This document shows, in pieces, positions 52,766 through 64,000 of a DNA stretch of 64,000 bases (positions are counted from its first letter, which is position 1; each line of letters opens with the position of its first letter). The notes under the pieces are model-generated. The model was not told the DNA's origin and made no database searches. It saw only the letters and a program-made list of their open reading frames with translations. This stretch comes from Octopus vulgaris (taxonomy: Eukaryota). Made by a program: the position numbers and the translations under genes. The DNA lies in contig OX597818.1 of assembly GCA_951406725.2 (NCBI GenBank), forward strand, positions 117,428,001-117,492,000, in the 5' to 3' direction.

Positions 52766-54210
52766 GTGCGTTTATTTTCGTGTATATGTGTCTGTGCGCG
52801 CATGTGTATAATTATGTAAATACTCACGCAAACATATATAATGCCATACAATTTTTTTATGAATGTACGATTCCATGAGAAATGCAGGGATTTGCTTAGA
52901 AATCTATAGAACGCTTTTCTAAGTAAATCTCTCGAACTCTGATAACATCGTGAGAATCACTTCTTTTCTCTCAATGAATATTGTTTATGCTTTGTTCTAA
53001 TATTATGTCTGTTACTTTTTGTGTCTATTTGTAAATAAAAAGTGTACATACGTTGCTATTTTCTATTCACATTTTCTTTCTCCTTAACCTTGTATTACAG
53101 AACTGGCTATTCAACTGTTCCTATTGGGACAGACTTCAATAATTCTATTTTGAAGTTTGATATCTGTGAGAAAATCGCATATTTTCTCCAAATTGAACAC
53201 ATATAAATGTAATATTTTTTCTTGAGCCTTATTATAGGCATTTTGACAGAAAAATGAATAGAATTTTTAAGGTATAATAATTGTGAAGTTAAGAAAGGAA
53301 TATACATTTGATCTGTTTCTACTGTAGGCTATTGCTCTACAATAGATTTATGTAGTCTTCAGTTAGTGGCGGTATCACATCCTGGATATCCAAACTGATT
53401 TATAGGAATTAGATTTAGTTGTGGTTTACCATGTTGTTCACCGCCTACCAGGTATGTGAGAAATGCATCGACATTCTTAGCATCGTCGTCACGGCGATAC
53501 AGGTATGTATTGATACACCTGCCTATAGATATGAGCTTGGTGCACCAGCTGTCTCTACACTTCCACTTCAACCTTAGCCTGAAACACAGCTCAAATCTCC
53601 TTTTGCCTACTAGATATCTATAGTATTGGTGAGAGTATCCTTATGATTTCTCTTACAAAAGCATCGAAAACCCATTTCTGTTTTGAAAATTAGTTGCACA
53701 ACGCTTTATTTCCTAAACAAATTAGTCAAGCAAAGATACACTCTTGCTTGTAACATATCTCGTTCATACTGTCTGTATTTCCTTCAAGTGATCCACAGAG
53801 AGATGCTGCTCATGGCAGCATTACAGACAATATAATGGACGTTTGCGTGTTTGCTACCCAATTTTAGACGTTTTTCTCTTTTTAAAGCATATTAACCCTG
53901 CCTCTGTATTTTCAAACAATTTACGATTATCCGGCTCTCCTACTTTATGGGTACTACCTACTCACAAACACAATGGCTGCCTTAATGAAATACCAACAAA
54001 CAAATATAACTGTTGATTGGGAAAATCTGATAATACGAAACATTGTTTCTTATACCCAAAGAAATGTGATGAAAGTTTATCGATTTCGAAGCGTTGGTCA
54101 GCATAATAAAAGGAGATGATCTCAGTACAATATTTATCATAAAATAATTCCGTAATGATGATTCTATGAGAACACCTATGTGTCCACTGAATGCGCATTT
54201 AATAATAATG

Positions 54211-54279
<69 letters not shown>

Positions 54280-54823
54280 GTCTGCTGTACCAGGCAGTGG
54301 CTCTCGTGGCTTCTGATCTTAACCGATTGGAAGTGCTATCATGTACATTATTTTGTTTTGGTATAAAATATGGGTTACATCAAATATTCTGCTAATTACC
54401 ACAGATTTGCCTGTCAGACCATAACCGGTTGAATATATCCCTTAGTGGCTGACGATATGTGCACCTCTGATCACGAGCAGAAGTAGTGGGGGAGCATCAT
54501 AGCCGTTTGTTTAAAGGAATTCTAGGAGGTTTAGATAATTCACCAGTGTAAACATGGGTGTTTCGTTCAACATCCTTAAACAATCCTTAATCAGGGACCT
54601 TTTGAGCGGGATGGGTTACTCAACCAGAAGAAAATTCTAATTCGGCCCCCACCTGCAAGGTTATGTGCTGTTTATCTTGATATGAGATCACCATGTCGCG
54701 CACGTATGGTTGTGATGCATGTGCCTCGTGTAACCTTATCAGCCGGGTAGTCATAATGGGTATATTGGGCTTCGTACATTTTACCCCAGTGTCACTTTGA
54801 TGGCATGCACTGCTCTCTCACTC
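54280..54823 (+). mobile_element. Probable repeat element of about 545 bp inserted in (AAT)n; class uncertain
   Basis: Complex sequence sharply bounded by (AAT)n on the left and aat(GAT)n on the right. No convincing ORF. Confidence 0.45.
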
Positions 54824-55006
54824 AATGATGATGATGATGATGATGATGATGAAGAAGAAATGGAAAAAGAAGAAGAAGAGGAGGAGGAAGAAGAAGAAGA
54901 AGAAGAAGAAGAAGAAGAAGAAGAAGAAGAAGAAGAAGAAGAAGAAGAAGAAGAAGAAGAAGAAGAAGAAGAAGAAGAAGAAGAAGAAGAAGAAGAAGAA
55001 GAAGAA
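54824..55006. repeat. (GAT)n(GAA)n microsatellite
   Basis: Direct inspection. Confidence 0.95.
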
Positions 55007-55402
55007 TGGTTTCGGTAAAGTTTCTCATTGGAATCAGGCATTTTTTGTTTTGTAACGTGGGGCCGTGGTGACTACGGAAGCCTGTTCTTGACTCGTACAC
55101 TTATTGTACTGAATCCCGGTGAGAAGAGTGGCTAAAGTGGGTTTTGCGCGATTTGAAACCAGAAGTTATAGAACTGGAACATGTATTGCGAGGAACATTT
55201 TTATTCTTCTTGCTTAAGCCTTAATGTCGGATGAAGGACTTTGCAAGGATGACTCTGTAAACGGTTTGAGTTTCAACAAAATACCACACACAATGAGAAG
55301 CAACAACAACATCAACAAGTAAAAGGCATTTAAGAGGATTTTCCTTGTTGATAATGATAATTCTCATCAGGAAAAAGCTATAAATCAAGCTAGAAGGAAA
55401 CA

Positions 55403-55551
55403 GACGATGAAGATAATGGCAATAAGATGACGATGAGGATGACGATGATGATGATGGCGACGACGACGAAGATGATGATGGTGGTGATGATGATGATGAT
55501 GATATTGATGATGATGACGACGACGACGACGACGATGATGATGATGATGAC

Positions 55552-55585
<34 letters not shown>

Positions 55586-55978
55586 GTGACGATGACGATG
55601 ATGATGATAATGACGATGATGATAATGGTGATGATGACGATGATGACAATGATGATGATGATGATGATGGTGATTAAAATGACGATAACGATGAGGGCGA
55701 TGATGATGATGATTAAGATGACGATGACGATGATAGCGATGATGGTGATGAGGATGATGATGATGACGATCTTGACAATGATGATGATAATGACGATGAT
55801 TATGATAGTGATGATGATGATCACGATGATGATGATGATCGCGATGATGATGATGATGGTGATGATGACGACGACGACGACGATGATGATGATGATCACG
55901 ATGGCGACGATCACTACCAGAACGATAATTGCAACGATGATGATAGCGATGATGATGATGATGGCTATGATGATGGCA
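55403..55978. repeat. Long degenerate (GAT)n/(GAC)n array
   Basis: Direct inspection; source of the poly-Met, poly-His and poly-Ile ORFs. Confidence 0.95.
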
Positions 55979-56195
55979 GACCACCCTACAGATGACGGTG
56001 AAAAACGGGAACGTTTTTTGTTGTTGTACAATCGTCATTATATTCATTGCAGATGATGTAGTCAATGTGTACTTGACTCAATTCATTCTAATCTATGATT
56101 GCTGTGTGTTGTATCGATCTGGCGAACACAACAAAAATTATGAGTATTGAAAGTCAGCCTACGCGCAACAGGATTTCAAACATTCTTTAAACATT

Positions 56196-56213
56196 CCGTC
56201 GACTATCGCACCG

Positions 56214-56262
<49 letters not shown>

Positions 56263-56490
56263 ACCTTAATAACAATACTTATGATGATGATGATGATGAG
56301 GATGGTGATGATGATGATGATGATAATGATGATGATGATGATGGTGATGATGACGATGATGTTGTTGTTGATGATGATGGTGATCATGACGACGATGATA
56401 AAGACGACGATGACGGTGATAATAATTAATGATTCTGATGATGATGATGACAACAATAATAATATTAATAACAACAACAACAGCAACAGC

Positions 56491-56573
<83 letters not shown>

Positions 56574-56606
56574 GCCGCGATAGGTGAACCTGGCGAGGGA
56601 TTACTG
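56196..56606. mobile_element. Remnant termini of the 3427-3685 MITE family around (TA)n/(GAT)n/(AAT)n
   Basis: tccgtcgactatcgc at the left, ccgcgataggtgaacc..gcgagggattactg+TA at the right. Confidence 0.6.
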
Positions 56607-56814
56607 TAAACTATTAATCTATCTCTGCATGCAGAATAAAACGAACTCATATACATACACGCACGCGTACACACATATACACACACACACGTACACATGC
56701 GCGCGCATACACACACAAATACTGCTTTTCAAAATGGTTCCGCTTGACTAATTTTGTTCGCTGTCACTGAATCCCATATTCAACTAAGTCCGTTGCTAAA
56801 ATCTCATGGTTCGT

Positions 56815-57215
56815 GTATTTTATCCTTTTACACGATTGAGACATTTGACTGCGGCCATGTTGTAGCACCGCCTTTAGTCGAGCAAATCGACACCAAAGCT
56901 TATTCTTCGCAAGCCTAGTACTTATTCTATCGCTCTGTTTTGCCAAACCGCTAAGTTGCGGGAATATAAACACACCTTCATCGGATGTCAAGCGATGGTG
57001 AGGCGGACAAACAAACTCACACAAACATATCCATATACATACATACATATATCAATATATATAGGACGGGCTTCTTTCAGTTTCCGTCTACCAAATCTCA
57101 CTTAGAAGACTTTGGCCGGCCCGAGGCAATTTTAGAAGACACTTGCCCAAGGTACCACACAGTGGGACTGAACTCGGAACCATGTGGTTAATAAGCAAGC
57201 TACAGAGCCACTCCG
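56815..57215 (-). mobile_element. SINE family B
   Basis: Reverse match to the B modules. Confidence 0.88.
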
Positions 57216-57566
57216 TATACGTATACCGATCGAAGCTAACAAGTAGATAATTAGCAATTAAGCCATACGTCAAACTAATTACTATGCCTCAACACACACA
57301 CACACACACACACACACAGAGAAACACACACTCACTCCAACACACACACACACACAGAAGCACACAATATGTTGTAAAAAGTATGTTTCTAGGTGTATCG
57401 TAAATGTGGGAACGGAAATTCCACCTGATGATCTGCCATTCCTCTGTGAGGTGTGTCACTGGGTCTGTGAGTGGATTTGGTCGACGGAAACTGAAAGAAG
57501 CCCGTCGTATATAGAAATATGTGTGTGTGTGTGTATGTAAATTTGTGCATGTCTGTGTTTGACAAG

Positions 57567-58210
57567 CGAAAGAGAGGGCAAGGGAGAGAAATTGAGAAAG
57601 AGAGGGCGAGGGAGAGAGAATTAGAAAGAGAGGCCGGGTAAGAGAGAAGTAGACGGAGCGAGCGAGGAAGGGCGAATTAGAAGGAGAGGGAGAGGGAGAG
57701 AGAAATAGAAGAGGGTGAGAGAGAGAGAGAGACAATTCGAAAGAGAGGGCGAGGGGGGAGAATTAGAAAGAGAGGGCGGGGAAGAGAGAAGTAGACGGAG
57801 CGAGCAAGGAAGGGCGAATTAGAAAGAGAGGGAGAGGGAGAGAGAATTAGAAGAGGGTGAGAGAGAGAGAGAGAGAGAAACAATTCGAAAGAGAGGGCGA
57901 GCGAGAGAGAATTCGAAAGAGAGGACGATCGAGAGAGAATCAGAAGGCGAGGGCGAGAGAGAGAGAGAGAGAATTCGAAAGAGAAGACGAGGGAGAGGAA
58001 TTCGAAAGAGAGGGCGAGGGAGAGAGAATTAGAAGGAGAGGAGGAGGGAGAGAGAATTCGAAAGAGAAGACGAGGGAGAGGAATTCGAAAGAGAGGGTGA
58101 GGGAGAGAGAATTAGAAGGAGAGGAGTAGGGAGAGAGAATTCGAAAGAGAGGGCGATGGATGAAGCAGAGAGAAAGCAGAGAGAGAGAGAGAGTGAATGA
58201 GTGAGAGAAG
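57567..58210. repeat. GA-rich minisatellite (gagagggcgagggagagagaatt(c/a)gaaa-like unit)
   Basis: Recurrent gaattcgaaagaga / gaattagaa. The motif gagagaagtagacggagcgagc occurs at about 57642 and 57784. Confidence 0.9.
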
Positions 58211-58559
58211 GGTAATGTGTCTGGCTGTAAGTATCTGTTGGAGGAAATTCTATTTTTCTAAGGTGGATAAACTAAAACCGTTGCATTTTAATAACAGTAA
58301 TGTGCAAATTAGCGGGTCTTTGTTATCTTAGCTACTCCTGATATTTGAGAGCTGTCAATAAGAAACACACTTGATTACCTACTCCAGATGTAGACTTCGA
58401 ACACAAATATGTGTGTGCGTGTGTGTGCATCTGTATGTATATCTGTGTGTGTGTGTGCATATATATATATGCAGCTGAATGTTTTAAACATGCCCATGCA
58501 CGCACTGATGCATGTATATATGAATGTATGTATGTATGTATGTATGTATGTATATATGT

Positions 58560-59170
58560 ACGCCATTGCCTAGTTTTATATCAAGATTTCTTGTCAATAG
58601 AGAAAGAGCCGGTTTCTAACCTAGATCCAAGGCTACTTCATTGGAACTTCAATATCAACAACAGTGTATGTATGTTTGTATGTATGTGTGAATGTATGCG
58701 TGTATGTGTGTATGCATGTTTGTATGTATGTGTGTATGTATGTATGTATGTATGTATGTATGTATGTCACTTCTCAGCTTTATTTCAAGATTTCTTGCCA
58801 ATAGAAAAAGAATCGGTTTCTAACCAAGATACAAGGCTCCTTCATTGGAATTTCAACATCAACAACAGCGTAATTTTGTAGGTATGGATGTATATGTGCA
58901 GATTTGTATGTTTTACTTTATGTATGTATTCTCATGCATATAGTTGTATATCTAGACATGTATATAAGTATGCATATATGTCACTTTTCAGTTTTATTTC
59001 AAGAGTTTTTGCCAATGGAGAAAGAGCCGGTTTCTAACCTAGATTCAAGGGTGTTTCATTATAATTTCAACAACATCAACAAGGCATTTTTGAATATATG
59101 TTTACGTGCAGGTTTGTATGCTTTGCTATATGTATGCATTCTCATGCTTATAGCTGCCTATTAAGACATG
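58560..59170 (+). repeat. Tandem repeat, three units of about 204-214 bp
   Basis: tcaaga.tt.ttg.caat.ga.aaaga..cggtttctaacc at 58581, 58785 and 58999. Confidence 0.9.
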
Positions 59171-59240
59171 CTGATCATATATATTTAGCTGATAAATTTC
59201 TGGAAAGTTCTACAGATTTTACAGATGTATGTATGTACTT

Positions 59241-59351
59241 GTGCCGAACCGCTAATGTACGGGGACGTGAACACACCAACATCGGTCGTCAAGCGATGGT
59301 GGGGGGACAAACAGACTCACACACACACACACACATACACACATATATATG

Positions 59352-59415
<64 letters not shown>

Positions 59416-59785
59416 GCAATAATAATAATAATAATAATATGAGGGAATATTATTCCAAACTTACAGGAAAAAATTCAATTTAGAAATACTAAATCAAATT
59501 TCACAAAATATAATATATTATATGTTTTATCTCATATTTAATCTTTCTAAATAGTATAATTTAATTTTTCATTATTGAATTGATAAAAGGTGGGTTATTT
59601 TCTAATTTATATATATACATATATACGACGGGCTTCTTTCAATTTCCGTCTACCATATCCACTCACAAGGCTTTGGTCGGCACGAGGCTATATAGTAGAT
59701 GACACTTTCCCAAGGTGCTACGCAGCGGGACTGAACCCGGAACCATGCGGTTCGTATGCAAGCTATTTACCACACAGCCACTCCT
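59241..59785 (-). mobile_element. SINE family B interrupted by (AAT)n and an AT-rich insert of about 170 bp
   Basis: Second module at 59241-59350, head module at 59620-59785. Confidence 0.85.
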
Positions 59786-60735
59786 GCTAGACAAGTTGCT
59801 TTAAGATAGGGAAATAAGGGCATATGAAAACGCATTGATTTATGCATCTTTCAAACTCTCTAAAGTATTTCGCTTATTCAAACACGGAAAACAAAATCGG
59901 AGAGAAAATGTATTCTTGATGGAAGGAGATAGAAAAACACACAGGAAGTGAAAATATTGTTATGAAGATAATGAAAAAGGGAGCGACCGAGCGATAGAGA
60001 GAGGGAGAGAGAGAGAGATGATGATGGTGATGATGATGATCATGACGGCAATTTGTTTACATTTTTATCACCAGGAAATGCTATCTTTAAGAACAATATT
60101 TAGACAAAATGAGATATATGTTGTCGAAAATGTGAGGTCGTTTAAATTTGGGGCAATTTTCGTTTAAGTAATTTTTAACTATTTCATATGGGCAACAGAA
60201 GCTTAGAAATCTTATATCTGCTTCCATTGAAGTGGAGGAGGGTAAAGTTCGTTGAAACAGGGTCGGGGTCCTCTGTTCAAAACGTCAATTCACGTTGACT
60301 TACAATAAGATTTTGAAAAATAATAACGATTACGAGGACGGCTAATATGTCTGTGATTGTGTGTGTGTATGTGTGTGAGCTTGTGTGTGTCTGTGTATGC
60401 ATGTGTTTGTCCATTTGTGTGTGTGTGCATTTGTTTGTGTGTATATGTGTGTGTTTGTGTGTGTGTATGCGTTTGTATGTGTGTGTATGTGTGCGTGTGT
60501 GTTTGAGTATGTAGGTGTGTGTGTGTGCGTGTATGCATCTCCAACTAGCAGGCCATGCTACTCCAGATTGATGACGAGCAATGACTCAGAAACTAGTCTC
60601 TGGATGCAGGCTTAGATGGGTGGAGGTGCTTGTCTTCCCCTTGTAAACATAAGGACAGAGGAAATGTGTTAAGGCCGATAGGAAGCGTTGATGGTTCCTA
60701 GGGCATATATATATATTTATGCATGTGTGTCTGTA

Positions 60736-60766
<31 letters not shown>

Positions 60767-61082
60767 ACCCGTATCAAGCAAAAGCCGCACCCATTTTGTG
60801 AAATCTCTTCCCAAATGTTAGTACCTTTCAACTATGAATATTTGTACGCATCTCTCTACTAGCTTCTTTATTTCTCTTCTCATCTGTTTATTTCGTTATG
60901 CTGATGACTGACAAACCTCAGAAACGTTCAAGATTTTCCTCTTTTATTTAGTGTGTTTACCTGATATCTTATTTGTCAAAAGTATCCCCCTTCCATTGTC
61001 ATCTTATTTCTTCAACTTTCTTAAAAGGTTCTTTTCTCAATCTTGACTTGATGAGAAAAAAATTTCTCTCCTCATATATGCA

Positions 61083-61466
61083 TTCTTTTATTCTATTCTT
61101 TTATTCTTTTACTTGTTTCAGTCATTTGAGTGCGGCCATGCTGGAGCACCGCCTTTAGTCGAGCAAATCGACCCCGGGACTTATTCTTTGTAAGCCCAGT
61201 ACTTATTCTATCGGTCTGTTTTGCCGAACCGCTAGGTGACGGAGACTTAAACACACCAGCGTCGGTTGTCAAGCAATGTTAGGGGGACAGACACACAAAC
61301 ACACACACACACACATATATATATATACGACAGGCTTCTTTCAGTTTCCGTCTACCAAATCCACTCACAAGGCTATAGCAGAAGACACTTGCCCAAGATG
61401 CCACGCAGTGGGACTGAACCCGGAATTATGTGGTTGGTTACCAAGCTACTTACCACACAGCTACTC

Positions 61467-61468
<2 letters not shown>
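61083..61468 (-). mobile_element. SINE family B, full length with a small deletion
   Basis: Reverse match to the B modules. Confidence 0.9.
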
Positions 61469-61512
<44 letters not shown>

Positions 61513-61556
61513 CATATATATATATATATGTATGTACATATATATATGATAGATAA

Positions 61557-61643
<87 letters not shown>

Positions 61644-62049
61644 GACATCTCTCTCTCGCTCTCGCTATCATTGCCGACATTTCTAAGAGCTTTAACAATC
61701 CTAACTTCTTACTTTGTGAACAAAAGCTAGGACCACATTCCCCAAGTAGTCCTCTTTTATGGTGGACGGGTAGAAATCAAAATAAATTTTGCTTTTGTTT
61801 CTAGCAAGTAAAATATTTCGATATTGGATTCCCCGTCTTTCTTGATCTGACAGGTATCAACATTCGGCGTGTATATTTTGACATTAAAAAACCAGAAGAA
61901 CAGTAAAATGTGTAATTTTATAAGCCGCTCTCGGTGTCTATATCTGTCAAAATGTCACGAGCTCATTGCGATTTAATAGCTTTCAATTAATATCATCCAC
62001 CAATTAGTATGTATTGAAAAGAACGCGTTCGTAGACGATAGAGTGTAAA

Positions 62050-62057
62050 TGTATATA

Positions 62058-62120
<63 letters not shown>

Positions 62121-62250
62121 TTATATATATATATATAAATACGTAATATATGTATGTGTATGTATGTATATATATATATGTATGTATATATATGTTTATT
62201 ATATATATTTATATATACACATATACTATATATATATATATACATATATA

Positions 62251-62313
<63 letters not shown>

Positions 62314-62570
62314 CATACACACATAACATGAGCAACACACACAGACACACACATATATAAATATATCATGGCTATGTTGAAAAATGTAAGTGCGTATATA
62401 CTTACATATATTTAAGTATATATATATATACATACATATATATTCATATATATATGTAAATACATATATATATACATACATATATATATATATACATATA
62501 TATATATACATACATATATATATATACATACATATATACATATATATATACATACATATATATATACACA

Positions 62571-62611
<41 letters not shown>

Positions 62612-62703
62612 ACATCATATATATATACATACACATATATATACATACATACATATATATATATACATACATATATATATACATACATATATATATACAT
62701 ACA

Positions 62704-62738
<35 letters not shown>

Positions 62739-62751
62739 GCATATATATATG

Positions 62752-62783
<32 letters not shown>

Positions 62784-62789
62784 GATAGT

Positions 62790-62865
<76 letters not shown>

Positions 62866-62867
62866 TA
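62050..62867. repeat. (TA)n, (TACATA)n and (GATA)n microsatellite block
   Basis: Direct inspection. Confidence 0.95.
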
Positions 62868-63449
62868 ACCCTCTGTGTATACATAAATACCGAAAGAGGA
62901 CAAGTATACATGCAGATTATGCAAGCTCATCACATCGTTCGAAGAAACTACTTTCTATAGCAGTTCTTTGGCATTAATTTGATTGTCCGTCCTACGCTCT
63001 TAGATGTTGCTTAGCTCACAAACATGCCTGATTAACCATATCTATATTCAAAGTCATTCCGAGCATAACTACTCTGCTGCGCTTCTGTCATCATTTTACT
63101 TGCTCTACATTGACCGATTACCCGTTAATTCTTGTGGGATTTTAAGACAAATTTGCGGTTAAATATAGCAGGTACTATCCCTAACTTATTTGTTGCTGTG
63201 TAACCATAGCATTGACTTTCCGTGTCTTCCTTCTGCTTTGCCTAAAAATCCAGTGTCTTGCGCAGCTTGCTTGGTTCATATACTTGTTCATATACTTGTT
63301 GGGTTTCATTAAGGCAGTGAATTAGCAGAACCGTTTGCGGCATTTCGTCTGACTTTATGCTCCGATTCCAAATGCGCCAAAGTCGACTTTGCTTTTGATC
63401 CCTTCGGGTTCCATAAAATAAGTACCAGCTGAGTAATGGAATCAATATA

Positions 63450-63681
63450 TGTTTCTTTATTACCAACAAGGGGCTAAACATAGAGGAGACAAACAAGGAC
63501 AGACAAAGGAATTATGTCGATTACATCGACCCTAGTGCGTAACTGGTACTTTATTTATCGACTCCGAAAGGATGAAAGGCAAAGTCGACCTCGGCGGAAT
63601 TTGAACTCAGAACGTAACGGCAGACGAAATACGGCTACGCATTTCGCCTGGCGTGCTAACGGTTTTGCCAGCTCGCCGCCT
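63450..63681 (-). mobile_element. SINE family A inserted antisense into an older family A copy (63312-63730, +)
   Basis: 16-bp TSD taatggaatcaatata at 63434-63449 and 63682-63697. Confidence 0.9.
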
Positions 63682-64000
63682 TAATGGAATCAATATAATG
63701 AGCTTACCTTCTCTTTCCGTACTAAACAATTTTGAACTAATATATCTCTACGAATATTGAAATTTATTATTAAAGGCTCCAGATATAGTCCCTAAACAAA
63801 TCGTGAGGTTAACATCTTTTTTATCGTTTGAAGCTAACACTTGGTGCTACACATGAGTCCGTTTGATATTTACTAATCCCGTTGTGGTTTTGATATCAGT
63901 AATGGTTTCGGTTTTCAAATATCATTCCAAATTGAATCTTTCCAGTTTTGATTGTCCCATATCTTGTGTTCGTTTTATTGGACTACAGTATGTGTTGTGT

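Noticed and set aside
53359-53580. 70-aa complex minus-strand ORF with a nearby acceptor-like site
   Set aside because: No recognisable homology and no consistent exon partners; the length is within chance expectation.
55221-56065. ORFs over 200 aa rich in His, Ile, Met or Ser
   Set aside because: They are translations of the (GAT)n array.
57567-58210. Regularly recurring gaattcgaaa motif as a CRISPR-like array
   Set aside because: The spacers are themselves repetitive GA sequence, the context is eukaryotic and there are no cas genes.
58411-59164. Repeated peptide QDFLPIEKEPVSNLDPRLLHWNFNINNS as a repeat-protein exon
   Set aside because: It is explained by the DNA tandem repeat, and the frame is broken by stops and microsatellite spacers.
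60895-60935. CTGATGA...GAAACGTTC hammerhead-like string
   Set aside because: There is no stem I, and the only stem II pairing would consume G12.

Overview
Eukaryotic, AT-rich, repeat-saturated non-coding DNA. I found no intact host protein-coding gene; almost all ORFs in the track are translations of microsatellites or SINEs. The tRNA-derived SINE families and the extreme microsatellite load resemble an octopus (coleoid cephalopod) genome, which is inferred from recognition and not from a database search. The window holds roughly 45 SINE copies or fragments from three families, several MITEs (Tc1/pogo-like and hAT-like), an internally deleted mariner, a CR1-type LINE 3' end and an R4/Dong-like 3' end inside (TAA)n. 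The most notable signal is a set of type I hammerhead-ribozyme motifs in unrelated sequence contexts. One has a fully intact core (33061-33131), one is nearly intact (28594-28656), one degenerate copy lies in a 315-bp direct-repeat unit resembling a retrozyme or Penelope pseudo-LTR (7645-8019), and there are further minimal or decayed copies. All alignments and folds were done by eye, so repeat boundaries are approximate.
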